Shown: piece by piece, positions 1 through 8,945 of the stretch | Layout: every line of letters starts with the position of its first letter | How positions within the stretch are numbered: the first letter of the stretch is position 1 | DNA from: Ostreococcus lucimarinus | Lineage: Eukaryota | Assembly: GCA_000092065.1 (NCBI GenBank) | Contig: CP000591.1 | DNA: 64,000 nucleotides | Reading direction: 5' to 3' (one strand) | Translations under genes and position numbers: made by a program | The notes under the pieces: model-generated | Seen by the model: the letters and a program-made list of their open reading frames with translations, nothing else | What the model was told of the DNA's origin: nothing | The model's database searches: none

Positions 1-2173
1 TGACTGCGTCCTCGTGCGCGGCGATGATCGCCAAACAGTTTGCCTCCGCTTCTTGAAGAATCTGAACCATCTTGCGCTCGGCGTATTGATAGTGATCGGG
101 GACTACCTCTCTGATCGGACCTGCAATCGTCAACAGTTCGTCCAAGGGCATCAACTCTCCAGATTTAGACACCGCACCTTGCAAGCGCGCCACTCGTCTC
201 TCCGACTTGTTCAAATGCTTCGGGTCGTATGTGTACGTCGTCATCATGCCGGGCTGCCCCAAGCCAAAGTTTACGATCATATTTCGAAGCAAATCATTCG
301 CTTCGCAAACATCTTCCGAACCGCGAGTGCTCGCCTCTCCAAACAACACTTTTTCGCAGGAGCGGCCCGCGAGCAAAACTTGCACGCGCTCGCACATTCG
401 CGCGCGCGTAGGATATCGGTAATCCTCGTCACGCTTTCTCTGGATCAGCGTAATCGCTGGCTCGAAACCTCGCGGAATGATGGAAATCATCTCGATGTCT
501 TCGATGAGACCGTTGCTCTTATGGAGCAAGTTCTGGACCAGGGCGTGGCCGACTTCGTGCGCCGCGAGTTTGCGCGTCGTCACGCTTTCCTTGGGGTGTG
601 CTGTAAGACGAATGCCGCTCACGACGCGCTCAACGGCATCCAAGACGTCGTGCTCTTCGATCTGTTCACCCTGGCGTCGCACGCAGTGCACCGCGGCTTC
701 GTTGCAAATGTTTGCAATCTCGGCGCCCGACAAACCGGGAAGGTTCTGCGCCAATCGCTTGGTGTCAATTTCTGGGTTGCAGTTTCGCTTGGACAAGTGA
801 ATCTGCAAAATCTTAGCCCGTGCCTCGACGTTTGGAAGGCCGACGCGAACTTTACGATCGAATCGACCTGGCCGCAACAGCGCGGGATCGAGTAAATCGG
901 CTCGGTTTGTCGCGCCGATGAAGACGACGCCAGTGTCTGGCGTGAAACCATCCATCTCCGTGAGAAGCTGATTCAGCGTTTGTTCGTGCTCTTCCGTGCC
1001 ACGCGTGCCAGCAGCGGCGCGTTTCGTGCCTAACGCATCGATTTCGTCGACGAATATCAAGCACGGCGCGTTGATGCGCGCGCGTTTAAATAAATCTCTC
1101 ACTCGAGCCGCGCCGACGCCGACGATGATTTCAACAAACTCAGAGCCAGACATGGAGTAGAACGGCACTTTGGCTTCACCCGCGATCGCCTTCGCGATCA
1201 GCGTCTTACCAACGCCCGGGCCTCCTTCCATGAGCAAACCCTTGGGGGGCCTAGCGCCAACCTTGGCGAAACGCTCGGGTTCCTTTAAAAAGGCGACGAC
1301 TTCCTCCAAATCTTCTATGATGTTCTCCAACCCACCAACGTCTTCCAAAGTCACGTCCACCGTGCCGTCTCGCCTCGCACCCGCGCGGGACTGCGCAAAC
1401 TGCATCGCCTGGAACTGATCTTGCGGCACCGACGTCCTACGGACGATGCCCAAGTAAATCGAACCGATCATAAACGCCAAGCCGCCGACGGAGTACGCCA
1501 AAAACTCCATCCCACTGTACGACGACGGTCGCCATTTCTGATGATACGTGTACCACGTCCCGAGTCTATCGCATTTGTCCAACAGCGCGGCGTCCATCGT
1601 GTTGGTCAGCGTGTTGAGGTAGTACTGCTTCCCCTTCGACCCCTTCATGGTGACCAAGTAATACCTCGATCGCGGAATCTTTCGCAACCTCTCCGGTGGG
1701 AACCACCCAAACTGCGGCGCGTCCCACACCTGAAACGACTTCACCAGTCCTTTATCCACCGCCCGCACGAATTCTTGCATCGTCATCTCATCGTACGACT
1801 TCCAATTCGGCTCCTCGTCGATCGGCGCTCCCAAGCTCTGCGTGCTCACGTAGTCGCTCGTCCCCTTCACGTCCCCCTCCATCGGCCCTTTCTTCGCCAT
1901 TCTCCGCTTCGCCTTCTCACTGAACAGCTTATACTGCTCATCCTGCTCGCGCTGCATCTGCTGAAACTCCTCGTCCGTCATCCCTCGCGGTTTCACCAAC
2001 CCTCTCGCGCGCGTCCTCTCGCCTCGCCGTCCGCTCGCCTCCGCGTCCCGTCCTCGCCCTCTCGCGCGCACCACTCGCCTCGTCACCGTTCCCGCGCCCA
2101 CCGCGCGCGCGAACGCCCGTCCATCGTCGTCTTCACCGCGCGCGTCCCCGCCGCCGTCCCGCGTCGTCGCCAT
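1..2173 (-). CDS. FtsH-like AAA+ zinc metalloprotease; C-terminus runs past the window start
   Basis: Minus-strand translation gives Walker A GPGVGKT (~1202-1222), Walker B IFVDEIDA (~1030-1055) and the HEVGHA zinc motif (542-559), all in one frame back to the ATG at 2171-2173. The stop lies beyond position 1, so the ORF track lists only its antisense plus-strand ORFs. Confidence 0.8.
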   Translation of the reverse strand, partial: MATTRDGGGDARGEDDDGRAFARAVGAGTVTRRVVRARGRGRDAEASGRRGERTRARGLVKPRGMTDEEFQQMQREQDEQYKLFSEKAKRRMAKKGPMEGDVKGTSDYVSTQSLGAPIDEEPNWKSYDEMTMQEFVRAVDKGLVKSFQVWDAPQFGWFPPERLRKIPRSRYYLVTMKGSKGKQYYLNTLTNTMDAALLDKCDRLGTWYTYHQKWRPSSYSGMEFLAYSVGGLAFMIGSIYLGIVRRTSVPQDQFQAMQFAQSRAGARRDGTVDVTLEDVGGLENIIEDLEEVVAFLKEPERFAKVGARPPKGLLMEGGPGVGKTLIAKAIAGEAKVPFYSMSGSEFVEIIVGVGAARVRDLFKRARINAPCLIFVDEIDALGTKRAAAGTRGTEEHEQTLNQLLTEMDGFTPDTGVVFIGATNRADLLDPALLRPGRFDRKVRVGLPNVEARAKILQIHLSKRNCNPEIDTKRLAQNLPGLSGAEIANICNEAAVHCVRRQGEQIEEHDVLDAVERVVSGIRLTAHPKESVTTRKLAAHEVGHALVQNLLHKSNGLIEDIEMISIIPRGFEPAITLIQRKRDEDYRYPTRARMCERVQVLLAGRSCEKVLFGEASTRGSEDVCEANDLLRNMIVNFGLGQPGMMTTYTYDPKHLNKSERRVARLQGAVSKSGELMPLDELLTIAGPIREVVPDHYQYAERKMVQILQEAEANCLAIIAAHEDAV

Positions 2174-2394
2174 CGCGCCCACCGTCCGTCGCCGCCCTTC
2201 GCGCCCTGACCTACGTCCCGCGCCTTCGTTCGCGCGTCGCGCTCGATCGCATCGCGTCGCCGCCGCGCGCGGTCGCGCAGTCGCGCGCGCGCTCGACATC
2301 GCGCGCGTCGGATCGCTCGGCGCCGCGCGTCGCGCGTCGCGCCGCGGTGCGCGCGCGTCGATCGAATCCGCGCGAGGTTTTCGACGGCGCGATG

Positions 2395-2463
2395 TGGTCC
2401 GTGTGTTTCATTAATGAGTCTCGCCGTGCTGGTCCGTGTGTTTCATTAATGAGTCTCGCCGCG
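2395..2463. repeat. Tandem duplication of a ~33-bp unit (tggtccgtgtgtttcattaatgagtctcgccg) with a 3-bp spacer, followed by (tgattt)3 at 2631-2648, upstream of the USP gene
   Basis: Two identical copies at 2395-2427 and 2431-2463, read directly from the sequence. Confidence 0.8.
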
Positions 2464-2696
2464 CGCGTCGTCGCGCGGCGTCGCCGACGCGCGCGGCGGA
2501 CGGCGGCGCGTCGAGACGACGGGCGCGATCGCGCGCGTGCGAACGTCGAGCGCGCGACGCGCGCGACGGCGCGGACGAACGATCGGATCGGAAAGGATTC
2601 GAATAGGACGTCGCGGACTTTGATTCGACGTGATTTGATTTGATTTCGAAACGGGACGGCGAGACAGACGACGCGCGCGACGAGGGCGCGGCGAGG

Positions 2697-4412
2697 ATGG
2701 ATTCGGTGACGTCGGTGTTTGGAAATTGGTTCTCGAGCGCGCGGGACGACGGGAGCGAGAGCGACGACGGGAGCGATGCGGCGGCGCGGGAGGCGGGATC
2801 AGAGAAGAGCGACGACGCGCGGGACGAGGACGGGGCGACGAGGGCGGACGAGGACGCGGAGGCGAGGGCGTTGCTGCCGCCGGCGACGACGCTGCATCCG
2901 TACGAGGACGTCAGACGATCGGTGGAGGGATTAGGGACGAGGAGACACGATCACGATTATCCGTCGGGGCTGACGAACGGGGGGAACACGTGCTTCGCGG
3001 CGTCGGCGTTGCAGTGCTTGCGACGGGCGACGCCGCTCACGGCGTGGTTCGACGGCGTGGAAAAGTTTCACGACGTCGCGCGGTGCGCGGAGACGAGGAA
3101 GTTTTGCGTGGTGTGCGAGTATTCGCAACATTTGGAACGCGCGATGGCGTCGAGGGACGCGCACAGCATAGGGAGGTTGACGAAGGACATTAGCAAGGTG
3201 GCGAGACAGTTTAGACGCGGGCGGCAGGAGGATTCGCACGAGTTCATCAACGCGCTGTTGGACGCGATGCACGTGATTTTTTTGAAGGATCTCGGAGGAG
3301 AGAAGAAGTACGATTTGCGCACGCGAGAGACGACGGTCATTTATCACGTCTTCGGTGGGTATACCCTGGGCACGGTGAAGTGCTTGGAGTGCGGGTACGT
3401 GAGCAAGAATTTTCAAAGCACGCTCGACATTCCGCTCGAGGTGACGGGAAAGATTGGCTCCGTCGAGGAGGCGCTTCGAGAAAACTTTTGCACGGAGGAA
3501 GTCCTCAGTGGTTCGAACAAGTACAAGTGCTCGAAGTGCAAGGCGTTGGTACGGGCGAAGAAGGGATCGAAAATCCACGTGTCGCCGAATATTTTAACCA
3601 TTCCTCTAAAACGGTACTCCACTGGACGGTTCAGCAAGATTACAAAGTACATCAAGTATCCGTCCAACTTTTCGCTGGCTGAGTTCATGAGCGATGATGC
3701 CCCGTATGAAGTCACGGCTCCAGAGTATGAGCTTTTCGGTGTATTGGTTCATCAAGACTTTTACGCCAGCGCGCACTCTGGACATTACGTGGCGTACGTA
3801 AAGTTGCGAGACGATTCCTGGGTGCTGTGCAACGATAGTCGCGTGTCGCCGTCTTCCGAAAAGGATGCGATGAAGCAAAAGGCGTACATATTGTTCTACG
3901 AGCGCGTGCACGCGAGAGGTGCACCACCATTGCGCCCGGCGGGATACTTGGACGAGCTCCGAGCGGCGCGCGACGCCGAACGTGCGGCGACGGCGATGAA
4001 GTGCGAAGACGCGGGGGAGGAACAGTTGACTTCTCGGTTCGATTCGATGAGTGTGAGCGCCACCGCGGTAGATACGGTGAGCGCTTCGTCGACGCGTCCT
4101 ACGAGATCTCCCGTCGTTGTCGCCGAGGAGGTCTCCGAGGAACCGTCAGTGCACATGGAAACGGTGAACGTCGAAAACGGTCGAGAGTTGCGCGTATCGG
4201 TCACTTTGCCTGGTTGTCGCAGCGCTCGCGATATCGAAGTCGAGCTCAGCATGGGGCAGCACGATGTGCCGTCATCGCTTATTATCAAGGCCCCAATGTT
4301 GTACGCGACGCCGGTGAAGGTTCACCTGCCGCCGAACGTGGAAGATCCCGTGAAGAGCTCGTTCGTGCGCAAGACGTCAGAGTATCGCGTGCGGTTTCCG
4401 GTTCGCGAGTGA
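2697..4412 (+). CDS. Ubiquitin carboxyl-terminal hydrolase (USP/UBP family deubiquitinase)
   Basis: Cys box GLTNGGNTCFAASALQCL and His box GHYVAYVK...WVLCNDSRVS. The track ORF 2640 starts on TTG; the first in-frame ATG is 2697. Confidence 0.85.
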   Translation: MDSVTSVFGNWFSSARDDGSESDDGSDAAAREAGSEKSDDARDEDGATRADEDAEARALLPPATTLHPYEDVRRSVEGLGTRRHDHDYPSGLTNGGNTCFAASALQCLRRATPLTAWFDGVEKFHDVARCAETRKFCVVCEYSQHLERAMASRDAHSIGRLTKDISKVARQFRRGRQEDSHEFINALLDAMHVIFLKDLGGEKKYDLRTRETTVIYHVFGGYTLGTVKCLECGYVSKNFQSTLDIPLEVTGKIGSVEEALRENFCTEEVLSGSNKYKCSKCKALVRAKKGSKIHVSPNILTIPLKRYSTGRFSKITKYIKYPSNFSLAEFMSDDAPYEVTAPEYELFGVLVHQDFYASAHSGHYVAYVKLRDDSWVLCNDSRVSPSSEKDAMKQKAYILFYERVHARGAPPLRPAGYLDELRAARDAERAATAMKCEDAGEEQLTSRFDSMSVSATAVDTVSASSTRPTRSPVVVAEEVSEEPSVHMETVNVENGRELRVSVTLPGCRSARDIEVELSMGQHDVPSSLIIKAPMLYATPVKVHLPPNVEDPVKSSFVRKTSEYRVRFPVRE

Positions 4413-4506
4413 CGCTGAGTAAAATATTTAGACTGTAACAACAAAGTACTGTATTGCAGTAACATTAAATGCAGCAAAACGTGGATAAAACGTGGATAAG
4501 ATGAAC

Positions 4507-5312
4507 CTACTTTTTCAAGAGCGCCAAAAACGCGTCGACGCACGCCTTGGACGATGCGGGATTTTGACCGGTGACGAGCTTGCCGTCGGTGACGGCGTTG
4601 GGCGTCCAGTCGGCGGCGCCGTTGAATTGCGCGCCCAATTTCTTGAACTCGGTCTCGAGCAAGACGGGCACCTTCTCCGCCAACCCAACCGCGGTTTCCT
4701 CGGCGTCCGTGAAGCACGTCGCGTTCGTCCCCTTCAGAATCGAGTCGCCGTTGGGCTTTTTACACGCCAACAGCGCCACCGGGCCGTGGCAATCCGCCGC
4801 CACCGGCTTATCCGCGGCCAGCGTCTCTTCGATCACGCGCGTCAACGTCGCGTTATTCAAGAAATCGACGCACGTCCCGTGACCACCGGCGAGATAAATC
4901 CCAGCGTAATGCCCGGATTTCACGCCCTTCAAAGCCTTGGCGTTCGCCAACGCCTTCTTCGCGTCCTCGTCGTCGTAAAACTTTTGACAATCCGCGGTAA
5001 AGAAATCCCCCGACTCGCTCGCGGAATCGATCGGCACCTTCCCGCCCTTCACGGACACGACGTCCACCGCGAATCCGGCGTCGAGCAGCGCGTAATACGG
5101 CGTCGCGATCTCCTCGAGCCACGCCCCCGTCGCGTGTCCATCCACTGTTCGATTCGCGCGCGCCGTCAGTCGTCGTCGTCGTCGCGTCGCGTCGCGTCGC
5201 ACGCACTGGAATCCGCGGACGTGCACACGATGGCGATCGTCCGCTCGCGTCGTTTCGATTGCTTCCCGCCCATGGCGCGCGCGACGAGTTTTGCGGGCGT
5301 CGGCATTCGCAT
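4507..5312 (-). CDS. DJ-1/PfpI (Hsp31-like class I glutamine amidotransferase-like) protein; two exons
   Basis: Exon 2 (4507-5144) carries TGAWLEEIATPYY...VKGG...CHGP. Exon 1 (5207-5312) encodes MRMPTPAK...RTIAIVCTSADS. Splicing out 5145-5206 joins them in frame as ...TSADSMDGHATGAWLEE... Confidence 0.65.
5145..5206 (-). other. 62-nt spliceosomal intron in the DJ-1-like gene (GTGCGTG donor, CTGAC branch ~22 nt before a CAG acceptor)
   Basis: The minus-strand sequence across 5206-5145 is gtgcgtgcgacg...ctgacggcgcgcgcgaatcgaacag. Without splicing, the conserved N-terminal and core DJ-1 segments fall in different frames. Confidence 0.6.
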
Positions 5313-5563
5313 CGCGATCGATCGCGAATCGCATCGAATTCCGACGTCGACGAGGTCGCGACGCGCGCGCCCGTCGGTCGCGCGACGTCGCGCGCGGGCG
5401 CGCGGGCGGGCGATTTTTTTAGGTTGAAACCTAACGCAAACTAGGTTTTCCACTCGTAGGATATTTTTCTCGGCGCGTCGTTCGAGGCGACGCGGTGTCG
5501 ACGGGACGCGAAACGACACAACGACCGCCCGTCACCTCGCGACGCGCGAAACGCTCGCGCGCG

Positions 5564-6091
5564 ATGACGCTCGCGGACGCGCGCGACGGGGACGCGGCGT
5601 TCGAAGCGAACAGAGTCGCCGGGAACGCGGCGTACGACCGCGAGGCGTTCGTCGAGGCGACGGCGCGCTACACGGAGTGCGTCGAAGCGCTGGAGAAACG
5701 CCTCGGTTCGGCGGAGGGCGAAGGCACGGCGCGGCGCGCGTGCGCGATTCGCGCGAACCGCGCGGCGTGTTTCGTGAAGCGCGGTAAGCACGCGCTCGCG
5801 ATGGAGGACGCGTCGTGGGTGATCGCGCGACCGCTCGAGGCGGGGGCGGGGATTCTCGCCAAGGCGCTGTACAGGCGCGCGCGCGCGCGCGAAGGCGTCG
5901 GCGACGTCGAGGCGGCGTTGGCCGATTTGCGGGCGGCGGAAAAGATCGATCCACACGATGCGTTGATTCAAAGCGCATTGAATAATTTCACGTCGGTGTT
6001 CCACATCGCCGTCGTTCTCGATAGAGCGTCGCCGGAGGTGCTCGCGAGACAGCCCGCGTGGCGAAATTTCAAGCCAGAGACGAGGCCGTAG
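5564..6091 (+). CDS. Small TPR-repeat protein
   Basis: Three TPR-like helical repeats (GNAAYDREAFVEATARY..., ANRAACFVKRGKHALAMEDASWVIA, AKALYRRARAREGVGDVEAALADLRAAEKIDP). The first ATG in the ORF 5495 frame is at 5564. Confidence 0.45.
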   Translation: MTLADARDGDAAFEANRVAGNAAYDREAFVEATARYTECVEALEKRLGSAEGEGTARRACAIRANRAACFVKRGKHALAMEDASWVIARPLEAGAGILAKALYRRARAREGVGDVEAALADLRAAEKIDPHDALIQSALNNFTSVFHIAVVLDRASPEVLARQPAWRNFKPETRP

Positions 6092-6124
6092 ATGAGCCGC
6101 GCTCGCAACTGCAGTTCGCTTAAA

Positions 6125-8581
6125 TTACAATCCCTCGCGATTCTTCGCTTGGTCATCCTCTTCTAGCGCCACGAGCGTGGCGTCCACGAGTCTCTCGAGG
6201 ACTTGGGATAGACGCGCGATGCGCCCGCCTTGCTCCGCGTTCTCCTTGACGGCGCTCGGCAACGTCTCCACCGTTTCCGCGATTTTCGTCGCCAGCGAGC
6301 TGATTTTCGATTCTATGATGGTTCGAATCGCTTTGCGTTCGCGCTCGAACGACGCGCACTTGGCCTCGAGCTGTTCGCATCTCGCGCTGGCGTCGTTTCG
6401 GCGTTGGGCGGTGAGCGCTTCCAATCGCAAGCGCACGTTATCGGCTTCAATCTCTTGTAAGGAATCTCGCTGCTCGTTGTTTTGCGTCTCAAGATACGCG
6501 ACTTTCGCACGCAGAAGTTTCAACTCCGACATCGCGTCGTCGCTTTTCCCGTTACCCGATTCCGATTCGCTTTCGCTCCCGACCCATCCGCCGAGCGCGG
6601 CGCGAAGACCGCCGCTCAACTGCGCGTGGAGTTGCGTCTCCTTCACCGCCGCGCGCTTGATACCGAATAGCTCCGCCGTTTTCGCATCTAGAGCATCCTC
6701 GAGTAGAGCTTTCTGCTCTTCGCACGCGCGAACTTGATCTTGCAATGCGTCGATGCGTTCGTCGCGTTCGCGCAGTCGAGCCGTGAGGCCGAGCATGATG
6801 TCGCGCTGCTTCAACAACACTCCCTTGTACCGTTCGACCTCGCGCGTGGAGTCACCAGCCTCGGCGCGCTCGGCTTCGATGCTTTTAAGCTTTCGCTCGT
6901 ATTCCGCGCGTATCGCAGCCACGCTCGAGGGGTCGTCGCCGCCGAGCAATTGACTCTGCATCTCGGAGATGCGCTTTTCTAAATTTCTCTTCTCTTGCTT
7001 TTCGATGAGAAATTCTTGCGATCGCATTTCGAGTTCGGTGATCGCGCGCAGCTTATCCGCCTCTGCGCGGCGTCGTTGCTCGTCCACCTCGAGTAATCGA
7101 CGTTTATCCACTAAATCTTTCGTACGTGTGTCCAACTCGGTGCGCAACTGCCTGAGCTCGCGCTCGTACTTGCGCAACAGCGACTTTTGATCTAAATCCT
7201 CATTCAGCGTCGCCGTATTCTTAATCTCCTTCGCACGACTGGCGAATTTCAACGTCGACAGCGACTCCGCGAAAGCTTCGAGCGCGGGCGAAACCATGGC
7301 GATGACGGTGGTTATGCAGTTACCGCCGAGTGAATCTTCCAAAATGCGCGTCAATTTGGAATCACGATACGGAATGTGCGATCGACCTTTGCTATCCGTC
7401 AAGGCGCTGATGACGTTGCCGAGCGCGCTCAGGCTTTGATTAATCTTTTTACTCTCGTCCAGCCGTTTTCCCGTGGCCCCGGTTAACGACACGCGCTCAG
7501 ATCCCGCCAAATCAACCAAGTTAAGTTTACCGACGGTGATGCTCTGTCGCTGCGCCGGAGCGCCCTCACCCACGTCCACACCGTCCACAGGTTCGTCATC
7601 CTCGGTCGTGCTGTGTTCTATGATGATGGTGAATACGGCGTGCGATCGCGACGAGAGCTCGTTCATCTTCGTCGACCCCGTCGCTCGAAGTTGCGCCCCG
7701 CGCTCGAGCAAACCGTAAATTTCACTCGGCGTCCGCACGACCCATTCCGATTGACCTTCCACGAACACGCCGCGCTTCTTGTCCTCGCGAATGTTCAAAT
7801 TCGTTCTCTCGGGTTTCAACAAATCGCTCACCGTCTCGTTGTAAATCTGCAAGTAACTCACGCGCACGAGATACTTTGACCGCGCGTGCGAGTCCTTGGC
7901 GATGTAATCGAAGATGTCCTCAATCGCGCGCGGAATGATCCCCCTTTCGCGCCCATCCGTCACCGGCGCGTTCCCCGGCAACCCAAACCGCTGTTGTCCA
8001 TACGCCAACATCGTTCCTCGATCACCCTCCATCGTGTACGTCTTCCCCGTCCCCGTCTGTCCGTACGCCAACACCGTGGCGTTGTATCCTCGCAGCGCGT
8101 TCAGCGTCGCCGGCTTCGCGCTTCTCGCGTACACCTCCTCCTGCGTCGCCCTCTCGTCGTACACCGCGTCGAATCCAAACTCATACGTCCTCTGTCGTTC
8201 GTGCGCGCCGTCATCCGCGAACGTCCCTCCCTCCCCGTTCCCCGCGAGCGCTCGCTCGCCGCCCGCGCTCGCCGCGCACGCCTTCCCGCCGCGCGTCGCC
8301 GCCACCGCGCGTTGATACGCCCCTCGCCCCTCGCGCGTCTCTCGCCGCAGCGCGGGTCGCACGCGTATCATCACCTCCACGTTCGACGTCGACGTCGACG
8401 TCCCTCGCGCCGCGTCGTCGTCCCCCGTCGCGCGTCGGTTCGAACGCGCGGCGTCGGCATCCGCATCCGCATCCGCATCCGCATCCGCATCGTCGTCGTC
8501 GTCGTCGTCGCGCGCGTCGTCGTCGCGATTCCGATCTCGCGCGTCGTCGAGCGCGCGACGCTCGACGTCGAGGGCGTCCAT
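6125..8581 (-). CDS. Kinesin motor protein: N-terminal motor domain and long coiled-coil tail
   Basis: Motor-domain motifs IRVRP, P-loop GQTGTGKT, SSRSHAVF and DLAGSE, followed by a coiled-coil tail. The start is taken at MDALDVE (ATG 8579-8581). The track ORF reads on through the upstream tandem repeat to 8947. Confidence 0.85.
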   Translation of the reverse strand: MDALDVERRALDDARDRNRDDDARDDDDDDDADADADADADADAARSNRRATGDDDAARGTSTSTSNVEVMIRVRPALRRETREGRGAYQRAVAATRGGKACAASAGGERALAGNGEGGTFADDGAHERQRTYEFGFDAVYDERATQEEVYARSAKPATLNALRGYNATVLAYGQTGTGKTYTMEGDRGTMLAYGQQRFGLPGNAPVTDGRERGIIPRAIEDIFDYIAKDSHARSKYLVRVSYLQIYNETVSDLLKPERTNLNIREDKKRGVFVEGQSEWVVRTPSEIYGLLERGAQLRATGSTKMNELSSRSHAVFTIIIEHSTTEDDEPVDGVDVGEGAPAQRQSITVGKLNLVDLAGSERVSLTGATGKRLDESKKINQSLSALGNVISALTDSKGRSHIPYRDSKLTRILEDSLGGNCITTVIAMVSPALEAFAESLSTLKFASRAKEIKNTATLNEDLDQKSLLRKYERELRQLRTELDTRTKDLVDKRRLLEVDEQRRRAEADKLRAITELEMRSQEFLIEKQEKRNLEKRISEMQSQLLGGDDPSSVAAIRAEYERKLKSIEAERAEAGDSTREVERYKGVLLKQRDIMLGLTARLRERDERIDALQDQVRACEEQKALLEDALDAKTAELFGIKRAAVKETQLHAQLSGGLRAALGGWVGSESESESGNGKSDDAMSELKLLRAKVAYLETQNNEQRDSLQEIEADNVRLRLEALTAQRRNDASARCEQLEAKCASFERERKAIRTIIESKISSLATKIAETVETLPSAVKENAEQGGRIARLSQVLERLVDATLVALEEDDQAKNREGL
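8457..8510. repeat. Compound microsatellite (gcatcc)6 then (gtc)n, inside the kinesin N-terminus; encodes a (DA)n/poly-D tract
   Basis: Read directly from the sequence. Confidence 0.85.
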
Positions 8582-8619
8582 CGCGCGCGCGCCGCGCGGC
8601 GCCGTGCCGCTGTGCCGCG

Positions 8620-8900
8620 CGCGACGGCCGACCGACCGACCGACCGACCGACCGACTGGTGTACAAACAGTGACACGCGAAATAACCATCGCCGCGACGC
8701 CACTGATGGGAATCTTCACGTATCGAAGAGCCGACCGACCGACTGGTGTACAAACAGTGACACGCGAAATACCCATCGCCGCGACGCCACTGATGGGAAT
8801 CTTCACGTATCGAAGAGCCGACCGACCGACTGGTGTACAAACAGTGACACGCGAAATAACCATCGCCGCGACGCCACTGATGGGAATCTTCACGTAATGA
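8620..8900. repeat. (ccga)n microsatellite followed by three near-identical 102-bp tandem repeats, in the kinesin/AsnRS divergent promoter
   Basis: The unit ccgaccgaccgactggtgtacaaacagtgacacgcgaaata[a/c]ccatcgccgcgacgccactgatgggaatcttcacgtatcgaagag repeats at ~8625, ~8727 and ~8829 with one or two SNPs. It is AT-richer than the surrounding coding DNA. Confidence 0.85.
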
Positions 8901-8945
8901 AGAGCCGCCGCCGGCACACCCCGACGCCGCGCGCGCGCGAGCGCC

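Noticed and set aside
8620-8900. CRISPR array or prokaryotic mobile element interpretation of the tandem and direct repeats (8620-8900, 2395-2463, 47000-47181, 26900-27064)
   Set aside because: The repeats have no spacers and are contiguous, which is wrong for CRISPR. No cas, transposase or integrase ORFs are present. The context is clearly eukaryotic (histones, kinesin, spliceosomal introns).
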